Assembly (NCBI GenBank): GCA_016934325.1
Contig: JAFGSV010000012.1
Coordinates: 44,373 to 108,372, forward strand
Direction of reading: 5' to 3'
From: Candidatus Aenigmatarchaeota archaeon
Lineage (GTDB): Archaea; Aenigmatarchaeota; Aenigmatarchaeia; QMZP01; JAFGSV01
DNA length: 64,000 nt
Shown here: positions 38,548 to 45,988 of the stretch, piece by piece
How positions within the stretch are numbered: position 1 is the stretch's first letter
Layout of the letters: the number at the start of each line of letters is the position of its first letter
Program-made: the position numbers and the translations under genes
The notes under the pieces: model-generated
Told to the model about the DNA's origin: nothing
The model's database searches: none
Seen by the model: only the letters and a program-made list of their open reading frames with translations

Positions 38548-39380
38548 AGGGGCAGCTGGACATCGACATAGAGATGATGGGGGGGACCATGATATTCATA
38601 GCGCTGACCCTGATCATGTTCATGGAGATCCTGCTGCCATTGCTGGTCGTTAACTACAACATGGAGACCTCGATGGAGGATATAAGGGCGGTCGAATTCG
38701 CGAACCTCGCAAAGGCAAGGATGATAGATCAGATAGGGGATGGCGAAGGGGACATAGACTATGCAAGGCTCGAGGCCCTGCAGGGAAGCAGTCTTGGTGA
38801 CATCGGCCTGGCATCGAATTACCTTCTCGTGGAGGATCTGATTAAGGGGACCACTTTCGAGTTCGCCGGGAAGAGGGGGAAAACGGAGCATGACGTCTAC
38901 GCCACGCTTTCCAGCCGCTTCCTGCCATCAATCGAGAGCTCCGATATAGTCATGCAGGGCAACAACGAATATTTCGTTCACATATACAGCCTGAGCGAGG
39001 ACGGGAAGAGCATAGCCGTCGACATCCAGGATGCTGGTTCATGCGTCATGTATAGCCAGGGCGATATCAAAGAGAGCCGGTTCAAGGCCGCCGGATGCGA
39101 TGACTTCACGTCCAAACAAGTGGTTGAAGACGGCGCCGAGGCCCTTATCAGGGGGGAGGTCTCGAATGCCATGGACAGCGGCGAAAGCCAATTCGTCAGG
39201 GTGAAGCCAAAGTCGGACATATCAGCCGGCGATATCGTGGTGACAGGTATGAAGCTCGGCAAGAGCTGGGGGTGCAGAGATTCCGGCGATCCTCAGGTCT
39301 GCATCAGGCAGATCGGGGATTTCGTCTTCCCCGCAAGGATACACGTGGAGCTGGCCGAGGGAAGTGATATCGTGGCCTGA
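38541..39380 (+). CDS. N-terminally anchored pilin-like protein
   Basis: 'EMMGG|TMIFIALTLIMFMEILLPLLVV', then a soluble beta-rich domain. Confidence 0.45.
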   Translation: MLKGQLDIDIEMMGGTMIFIALTLIMFMEILLPLLVVNYNMETSMEDIRAVEFANLAKARMIDQIGDGEGDIDYARLEALQGSSLGDIGLASNYLLVEDLIKGTTFEFAGKRGKTEHDVYATLSSRFLPSIESSDIVMQGNNEYFVHIYSLSEDGKSIAVDIQDAGSCVMYSQGDIKESRFKAAGCDDFTSKQVVEDGAEALIRGEVSNAMDSGESQFVRVKPKSDISAGDIVVTGMKLGKSWGCRDSGDPQVCIRQIGDFVFPARIHVELAEGSDIVA

Positions 39381-39434
39381 TTTCGATCATGGGCGCTTAC
39401 GGGGGCTATAATCAAAATCAGAGAGGCATAAACG

Positions 39435-39941
39435 ATGAACAGGAAGAAGGCGGCAATCGGGATCTTCGGGATGGTGTTGATAGGGGTAGCCATCCTTGCG
39501 GTCATGTACCTGGTACAGTCAAGCTGGATATCGAAAGGATTCAAGATAAGGGCCGACGCGAGAATATTTGTAGATGTCAATGACGAAAGCAGCAAGATAT
39601 TATCATTGCTGAAATCGAAGACCGGGGATTCGGGCCTCACGGAGATGCTCGCACGCGAGCTCGAGTCAGTCCCTGCGGATTCTGCGGCGGATGAAATCAC
39701 CGAGCTTGCGGACCAGCTGAACATAGCTATAGTTCTGTACGGCGAGAACGGGAAGGAAAAGAAGAGATACGGTAAAAGGGTCCCGCACGAAGAGGATATG
39801 ATACAGATGGAAATAGCGTTGCCCGGCGGGAGAAGCGCCTTGATAGGCATAGCCTCTGATTTCAATACAGGGGATTATGGACAATTCTCAGGCGGGGGTG
39901 GGGGAGGAACAGGAGGCGGAGGTGCCGGAGGCGGCTGGTAG
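39435..39941 (+). CDS. N-terminally anchored pilin-like protein with poly-Gly C-terminus
   Basis: 'NRKKAA|IGIFGMVLIGVAILAVMYLV'. C-terminus 'SGGGGGGTGGGGAGGGW'. Confidence 0.5.
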   Translation: MNRKKAAIGIFGMVLIGVAILAVMYLVQSSWISKGFKIRADARIFVDVNDESSKILSLLKSKTGDSGLTEMLARELESVPADSAADEITELADQLNIAIVLYGENGKEKKRYGKRVPHEEDMIQMEIALPGGRSALIGIASDFNTGDYGQFSGGGGGGTGGGGAGGGW

Positions 39942-39967
39942 CCGCCTTATGAGAGGAAGTGTGAATC

Positions 39968-41104
39968 ATGTCATCATCGTTCAACTCGGGGAAAAGCAAG
40001 GGAATGGCGAACATAGTGTACATAATGGGCCTGATAGCGATGTGCAGCATATCACTCGCTCACATCGTCCCTTCCATATCCAGGCAGCCGGAGTCCAACG
40101 TCATTGACATCGCGCTGGAAAACAGGATATTCATGATGCAGGACAGCCTTGAACTGGCAAAGCTTTATCTTGACGATGCGGCGATGTATTCCATCTACCA
40201 GGCAATGCATGACAATGGCGTCAACGGCGGTTTTGAAAGCATGGGTGGCAGCAGCCTGCTGCAATACGAGGGACATAAATACACCGTGTGGTACAACAAC
40301 ATGGACATTGCCCCCGACGAGAGCGACATAACCGACGCTCTCGAGGCCGCAACGAAGGCGAATCTGAAGAAATACACCGAAGATGGCAGCATCAGGGCAT
40401 TCTTCTTCGTACCCATGCCCAGATACAATAGTATAACGGTCACGAATCTGGAAGGCCAAGGGGTAAGGCTGGAGGCTTCCAGCGCTTCCGGCTTATCCCT
40501 GCGAGAGACAGCCGAGAGCGGGGACGTATTGACGGCCGGCCGGAACTCAACGATAGACCTGAGGCTGCCTTCGCCTTACTTCAGCCTTTACGGCATCGCA
40601 AAGGGCTATCACGATGAGCTGGAAGGGAAGCTGCCGGATTGCGAGAAGGCATCGATAGAAATAATGAACGAGGACAAGGGTTGCTGCTCAGCGGATCTGC
40701 ATGTCCTTGACAGCACTGACGGAAGCTGCCTCGTCCGGGTCGAGGTCAAGAGCAAGGAAGGGTTGGTGGTTTGGGACCCCGATGATGAGAAGAGCGTACT
40801 CGCTCCGGTCAGCTTGGTCTTCCTTGAAAGGCTGGGACCGGTCATGGAGAGGTGCATGGAATGCACAGCTTCGGACGGCACATGGTGCATCCAGTCAGAG
40901 AAATGCTCTACGGGAGGGGTAACGAACGACTGTCCCTCCGATTCTGTAATTGCCGGTGCATCCTGCATGGCCCTTGATCAGCTCACCTGCCAGGATTGCA
41001 TCAGCAATGTCTTGCCGGATGGGGGCTGGGCGTGGTGCCCCGATCAGGGCGTGTGCGCCCAGTCTTGTACGGGAGAAACGGTCACGGACATAGACGATTG
41101 CTAG
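39968..41104 (+). CDS. N-terminally anchored protein with a highly Cys-rich C-terminal domain
   Basis: 'KSKG|MANIVYIMGLIAMCSISLAHIV'. About 20 Cys in the last 130 aa ('CMECTASDGTWCIQSEKCSTGG...CQDCIS...CPDQGVCAQSC'). Confidence 0.5.
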   Translation: MSSSFNSGKSKGMANIVYIMGLIAMCSISLAHIVPSISRQPESNVIDIALENRIFMMQDSLELAKLYLDDAAMYSIYQAMHDNGVNGGFESMGGSSLLQYEGHKYTVWYNNMDIAPDESDITDALEAATKANLKKYTEDGSIRAFFFVPMPRYNSITVTNLEGQGVRLEASSASGLSLRETAESGDVLTAGRNSTIDLRLPSPYFSLYGIAKGYHDELEGKLPDCEKASIEIMNEDKGCCSADLHVLDSTDGSCLVRVEVKSKEGLVVWDPDDEKSVLAPVSLVFLERLGPVMERCMECTASDGTWCIQSEKCSTGGVTNDCPSDSVIAGASCMALDQLTCQDCISNVLPDGGWAWCPDQGVCAQSCTGETVTDIDDC

Positions 41105-41282
41105 ACATAGTCACACCCGTCCTGGTGCCGTATGGGGATCTGCATGCTGATTACATTCAACGAAACATTTAAAAATTAACCGGACAAATAGTTATACTAT
41201 TACCTTTGGTACGGTAATGAGACAACAGCGGAAGGACCAACAGAGCAATACTATAAAATCATAAAATTCGGAGGTGTTAGCA

Positions 41283-41843
41283 ATGGCAGAAGGACAAAGG
41301 GTTCTAAACCAGGTGCTTAAGGACTCTGCAAGGAAGCAGGTGAAGGGCAAGGAAAAGGCCGAGGAGAAGAAGGAAGAGCAGAAGGAAGAGCAGAAGGAAG
41401 CCAAGAGCGAGCTTGAGGCCGAAACCCAGGTACAGGAAGAAGTGACGCAAGAGGACTCCGGGGCACTGGAGAGCCAAGAGGAAAAGCAAGACGAAGCGCC
41501 CAGGCAGGAACCGGCAAGGGAAGGATTCAGGAAGCCCGATTTCAGGAGGCAGCCGGACAAGAAGCCTCGCAGGGGAGCCGCGCCGAACGTCGTATTCGTA
41601 GGAAAGAAACCGACGATGAGCTACGTGCTCGCAGTGGTGACCCAGTTCTCTGACGGCATGGAAAACGTGCACATAAAGGCCAGGGGAAGGAGCATCAGCA
41701 GGGCGGTCGACGTCGCCGAGGTCGTCAGGAACAGGTTCGTCCAGGGGGCCAAGATAGACGTTCAGATAGGCACTGACGAGGTCATAGACGATAACAGCAA
41801 CAAGATAAACGTCTCGACCATCGACATACAGCTTAACAAGTAG
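41283..41843 (+). CDS. albA: Alba chromatin protein with a ~95-aa KE-rich N-terminal extension
   Basis: The C-terminal 90 aa 'NVVFVGKKPTMSYVLAVVTQFSDGMENVHIKARGRSISRAVDVAEVVRNRF' is the Alba fold. SD 'GGAGGTG' lies 7 nt upstream of the ATG. Confidence 0.8.
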   Translation: MAEGQRVLNQVLKDSARKQVKGKEKAEEKKEEQKEEQKEAKSELEAETQVQEEVTQEDSGALESQEEKQDEAPRQEPAREGFRKPDFRRQPDKKPRRGAAPNVVFVGKKPTMSYVLAVVTQFSDGMENVHIKARGRSISRAVDVAEVVRNRFVQGAKIDVQIGTDEVIDDNSNKINVSTIDIQLNK

Positions 41844-41880
41844 GGCGTGAAGCGATTCGCCAAAGAAGGGGCAGCTTCTC

Positions 41881-41900
41881 TATTTCTTATTTTATTTTTG
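41881..41900 (+). terminator. Oligo-T terminator candidate after albA
   Basis: 'TATTTCTTATTTTATTTTTG' about 40 nt past the stop codon. Confidence 0.3.
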
Positions 41901-42016
41901 CCTCCCAGACGCGTCTTCGGCCATGTCCCAAAGGTGGGAAACCAATATGAAATTTTAAGTATCGCTGGGGGAATAGGGAATATATATAATCTTGACCGGG
42001 TATAAAGATATTTGGG

Positions 42017-43267
42017 ATGTTTATGGAGAAATTCAAGATCAAGAGGATAAAGGCAAGGGAGATCCTTGACAGCAGGGGCAATCCCACCGTAGAGGTGGAC
42101 CTGTTCACGGGTCATGGGATGTCCAGGGCGGCCGTGCCGAGCGGGGCCAGCACCGGCAGGCACGAGGCCCTTGAGCTCAGGGACGGTGGCAAGAGGTATC
42201 TCGGCAAGGGGGTCCTGAAGGCCGTAGAGAACGTCAACAGCATAATCGCCCCCCAGCTGCTGGGAAAGGACGTCACCAGGCAGGAGGAGATCGACGAGGA
42301 ACTCGTGGAGCTTGACGGCACGGAGAACAGGTCCAAACTGGGCGCCAACGCCATGCTGGGTGTCAGCATGGCCGCCTGCAAGGCCGCAGCATCGGCGAAG
42401 GGCATGCCGCTCTATAGATACATCGCGTTCCTATCGGAGAACAAGGACCCGAACTTGCCCATACCCTCCCTGAACGTAATAAACGGAGGAGCGCACGCGG
42501 GCAACGCCCTCGATGTGCAGGAGTTCATGATACAGCCATTCGCTGACGAGTTCAGGGAATCGATCCGGATGGCGAGCGAGATATACCACACGCTTAAGGG
42601 CATCCTGAAGAAGAAGTACGGCCCCGACGCCATCAACGTCGGGGATGAGGGAGGGTTCGCCCCGCCGCTGAAGAGCACCGCGGAGGCGATCGAGCTGATA
42701 TTGAAGGCGGTGGACGAGGCCGGTTACCACGGCAAGGTGCAGATAGCCCTGGATTCCGCCGCTAGCGGGTTCTTTGATAAGGGCAAGTACAGGCTTGAAG
42801 GCAAGAGGATCGGTACCGAGCAGCTCGTGGACTGGTACGCTGACCTGGTCGGCAAGTATCCCATAATCTCGCTGGAGGATCCCTGCGATGAGGAGGACTG
42901 GCACGGCTTCGTCTCGCTCACGGAGAAGGTGAGCCCAAAGGTGACCGTCATAGGCGACGACCTGCTGGTGACCAACTTGAAGAGGATACACAAGGCGCTG
43001 GAGCTGGGGGCCTGCAACGGCCTTCTGCTCAAGGTGAACCAGATTGGGACGGTGAGCGAGGCGATAGCCGCAGCGAGGCTCGCCATGGAAAACAAATGGA
43101 AGGTGATGGTTTCGCACAGGTCGGGCGAGACGTGCGACTCCTTCATCGCGGACCTAGTGGTTGGCCTGGGCACGGGGACAATCAAGACGGGCGCCCCGTG
43201 CAGGTCGGAGAGGCTGGCGAAGTACAACCAGCTGCTGAGGATCGAGGAAGAGATGCTGGCAAAGTAG
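42017..43267 (+). CDS. eno: Enolase
   Basis: '[18 protein letters not shown]', '[15 protein letters not shown]'; 416 aa. Confidence 0.9.
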   Translation: MFMEKFKIKRIKAREILDSRGNPTVEVDLFTGHGMSRAAVPSGASTGRHEALELRDGGKRYLGKGVLKAVENVNSIIAPQLLGKDVTRQEEIDEELVELDGTENRSKLGANAMLGVSMAACKAAASAKGMPLYRYIAFLSENKDPNLPIPSLNVINGGAHAGNALDVQEFMIQPFADEFRESIRMASEIYHTLKGILKKKYGPDAINVGDEGGFAPPLKSTAEAIELILKAVDEAGYHGKVQIALDSAASGFFDKGKYRLEGKRIGTEQLVDWYADLVGKYPIISLEDPCDEEDWHGFVSLTEKVSPKVTVIGDDLLVTNLKRIHKALELGACNGLLLKVNQIGTVSEAIAAARLAMENKWKVMVSHRSGETCDSFIADLVVGLGTGTIKTGAPCRSERLAKYNQLLRIEEEMLAK

Positions 43268-43279
43268 GCTGCTGATTTT

Positions 43280-44860
43280 ATGAAACCGAAAAACAGGGTC
43301 ATCCTGATCATCAGGGACGGATGGGGATACAGCGAGAAGGTGAAGGGGAACGCAGTCAGGAACGCGAATGTCCCGAACAATGACAATTACGAGAGGCATT
43401 ATCCCTGGACGACCCTTGAATGCTCAGGGAACGCCGTGGGGCTTCCCGAAGGGACGCAGGGCGGTTCGGAGCCCGGCCACCTGACGATGGGAGCAGGAAG
43501 AATAGTCTGGCAGCCGTACGAGAACATAAACAGGAAAATCAAGGACGGCTCCTTCTTCAAGAACAAGGCACTCCTTAAGGCGATGGAGAACTGCAAGAGG
43601 CACGATTCGAGCCTTCACTTGATGGGGCTCTTCTCAGACCAGGGAGTGCATGGGACCGTGGATCACCTGTACCCTCTTCTTGAAATGGCCAAGAAGCACG
43701 GCCTGAATAAAGTCTGGGTTCACGCATTTCTGGACGGAAGGGACGTCCCCGAGAAGAGCGCCGCCGAGTACATAAAGGAGTTTAACGAGAAATCCAATAA
43801 GATCGGCGTCGGTAGCATCGCGACAATAATCGGCAGGTTCTACGCCATGGACAGGGACAACAACTGGGACAGGACCGAGAAGGCTTACTTTCTGCTGACC
43901 AGGGGGCTGGGCATAGAAGAGATGGACCCCCTGAAGGCTATAAAGCACGCGTATGAGAGGGGCGAGAGATCGCTTGAGGAAGGCAGAGCTGGCGACACGA
44001 CCGATTACTACGTGAGGCCCATAGTAATAGTCCATCAGCACGAGAAGCCCATTGCGACCATAGGCAACCACGATTCGGTAATATTCTGGAATTTCAGGTC
44101 CGACAGGGCAAGGCAGATAACTAGCGCCTTGACCAGCAAGAAATTTGACCACTTCGACAGGGGCAACGGCCATGACATCACCTTCGTGTGCATGAGCGAG
44201 TATGACAAGAGGCTGGCCCTCCCCGTAGCTTTCCCGCAGTCGACGGTCAGGGAGAACCTGGGCAAGGTTCTTTCGGAACACGGGCTGAGGCAGCTCAGAA
44301 TAGCGGAAACCGAGAAGTACGCTCACGTTACTTACTTCTTCAACAGCCAGGTGGAAGCGCCCAATCCGGGGGAGGAAAGGATAATGGTGGATTCCCCCAA
44401 GGTCCCGTCTTATGACAGGAAACCCGAGATGAGCGCTTACGGGATAACGAGCAAGGTCTTGCGTGAGATCGGGAAGAAGAAGTACGATCTCATCGTCATC
44501 AATTTCGCGAATGGCGACCTCGTCGGGCATTCGGGGAAGCTTGATGCCGGGATAAAGGCTTGCGAGGCGGTCGACGAATGCGTCGGCAGGATCGTCAATC
44601 TGGGACTGGAAAATGGTTATGTCGACATAGTCACGGCAGACCACGGCAACGTCGAGATAATGTTCTATCCGAACGGTGAAGTGTGCCCGGCGCATGGAAC
44701 GAACCCGGTCCCCTTTTTCATCGTGAGCCCGCAGGGGGTGCTCGGCAATTTCAAATTGAAGAAGGGCGGGGGGTTGAAGGACGTGGCCCCCACGATTCTA
44801 GAGATAATGGGATTGAAGAAGCCAAAGGAAATGGGTGGCGAAAGCCTGATCACCCGCTGA
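43280..44860 (+). CDS. gpmI: 2,3-bisphosphoglycerate-independent phosphoglycerate mutase, bacterial GpmI type
   Basis: 'LIIRDGWGY', 'GGSEPGHLTMGAGR', 'HLMGLFSDQGVHGTVDHL', 'HAFLDGRD'; 526 aa. Confidence 0.85.
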   Translation: MKPKNRVILIIRDGWGYSEKVKGNAVRNANVPNNDNYERHYPWTTLECSGNAVGLPEGTQGGSEPGHLTMGAGRIVWQPYENINRKIKDGSFFKNKALLKAMENCKRHDSSLHLMGLFSDQGVHGTVDHLYPLLEMAKKHGLNKVWVHAFLDGRDVPEKSAAEYIKEFNEKSNKIGVGSIATIIGRFYAMDRDNNWDRTEKAYFLLTRGLGIEEMDPLKAIKHAYERGERSLEEGRAGDTTDYYVRPIVIVHQHEKPIATIGNHDSVIFWNFRSDRARQITSALTSKKFDHFDRGNGHDITFVCMSEYDKRLALPVAFPQSTVRENLGKVLSEHGLRQLRIAETEKYAHVTYFFNSQVEAPNPGEERIMVDSPKVPSYDRKPEMSAYGITSKVLREIGKKKYDLIVINFANGDLVGHSGKLDAGIKACEAVDECVGRIVNLGLENGYVDIVTADHGNVEIMFYPNGEVCPAHGTNPVPFFIVSPQGVLGNFKLKKGGGLKDVAPTILEIMGLKKPKEMGGESLITR

Positions 44861-45254
44861 TTTCTTCGATGTCCTTTATTAGGATTATGTTCGGGGGGTG
44901 ACGTTTCTCCCTGTTGCAGGGCTCGCTGCTCAGCAGCTTGTTCGTCTTCCTAATGAACATGTTCAGGACCCTCGACGTGGCCTTTGCCTCGGGAGACTTG
45001 TGAATTATCTGCTTGACGACACTCGCCTTGCCGGGATAGTTGGGAGTCACGGAAGCGGATAAATCGCCACCCTCCATCACTATTTCAAGATCGGCTCCAA
45101 ACCTGGCGCTGAACCTGACCCCCTCGATCTCGATGCCGTCAATGACCTCTGTCAGGTAATCCGTGTCATCATCCTTGACGCCCCTTTCGGCAAGGTTGCC
45201 GCTCAAGTCTATGGATCCGAAGCAGGCACGGAGCTTTAGCCTTGTGCTTTTCAT
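44850..45254 (-). CDS. Hypothetical protein
   Basis: 134-aa ORF convergent with gpmI, overlapping it by 11 nt. No motif recognised. Confidence 0.3.
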   Translation of the reverse strand: MKSTRLKLRACFGSIDLSGNLAERGVKDDDTDYLTEVIDGIEIEGVRFSARFGADLEIVMEGGDLSASVTPNYPGKASVVKQIIHKSPEAKATSRVLNMFIRKTNKLLSSEPCNREKRHPPNIILIKDIEEISG

Positions 45255-45284
45255 ATATTAAGTATGGCCTGCTGAAACTATTAA

Positions 45285-45617
45285 ATGGACTGGCAGAGGC
45301 TGCTGTTCGATTTCATGATCGGCGGGGGCCTGATTGCCGCCGTCGTTTCCGTCTTCCATTTCGTGAGCCCTCTGATCGGGGGGATCATAGCGGCAGTCCC
45401 CGTCAGGATCGGGATCACGATGTTCCTCGGCGGGATCGCGGAGGGATCAGGATTCGTGCTGGGGATGCTAAGGGGATCCATTCCGGGCAGCTTCGGCGCC
45501 TTCTCCTTCATGTTCGTGCTTTCTAGGGCGACCAGGAGGCTTGGGATCTGGAGGAGCTTCTCCATTGCCACGTTGGTCTGCGTTCTGGTGGTATGCATCG
45601 GTCTGGTGATGCAATGA
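45285..45617 (+). CDS. Small membrane protein (paired family, copy A)
   Basis: 'LIGGIIAAVPVRIGITMFLGG', 3-4 TM. Confidence 0.45.
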   Translation: MDWQRLLFDFMIGGGLIAAVVSVFHFVSPLIGGIIAAVPVRIGITMFLGGIAEGSGFVLGMLRGSIPGSFGAFSFMFVLSRATRRLGIWRSFSIATLVCVLVVCIGLVMQ

Positions 45618-45988
45618 ACAATAAAGGTGCCGGGAAATCGAAAGCTCGGATAGCAAGGGAATTCCCCGAGAATTTCGTCATCGGCGGGTTGCTTGTGATG
45701 CTTGCGATATGGGTCGCCAGGGCCTCGACCCCGGCCATAGGCGGGATAATAGCGGCCGTGCCGATCAGGTATGCGGTCACATGGTCGATCGCGGCGGTAC
45801 GCCGGGGTAAGGAATTCGCGGAGGACATGGCGAGGGGCTCGGTCATCGGGATGCCCGGCAACATCACGTTCTCGTTAGCCTTGTTTGCCATGCTTTTGGT
45901 TTCAATCGATTTCCTGACGGCGTTCATCGTGTCCATACTGGCAGGAATAGCGGTGCTTGCCCTGTGCAAGTTTACCTTTCCAGAATGA
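45593..45988 (+). CDS. Small membrane protein (paired family, copy B)
   Basis: 'AIGGIIAAVPIRYAVTWSIAA' paralogous to copy A. Overlaps copy A by 25 nt. Confidence 0.45.
   Translation: MHRSGDAMNNKGAGKSKARIAREFPENFVIGGLLVMLAIWVARASTPAIGGIIAAVPIRYAVTWSIAAVRRGKEFAEDMARGSVIGMPGNITFSLALFAMLLVSIDFLTAFIVSILAGIAVLALCKFTFPE

Noticed and set aside
41304-41672. ORFs antisense to the KE-rich N-terminal region of alba
   Set aside because: A low-complexity GA-rich coding repeat generates open frames on both strands. The Alba frame is supported by the downstream Alba fold and an SD.
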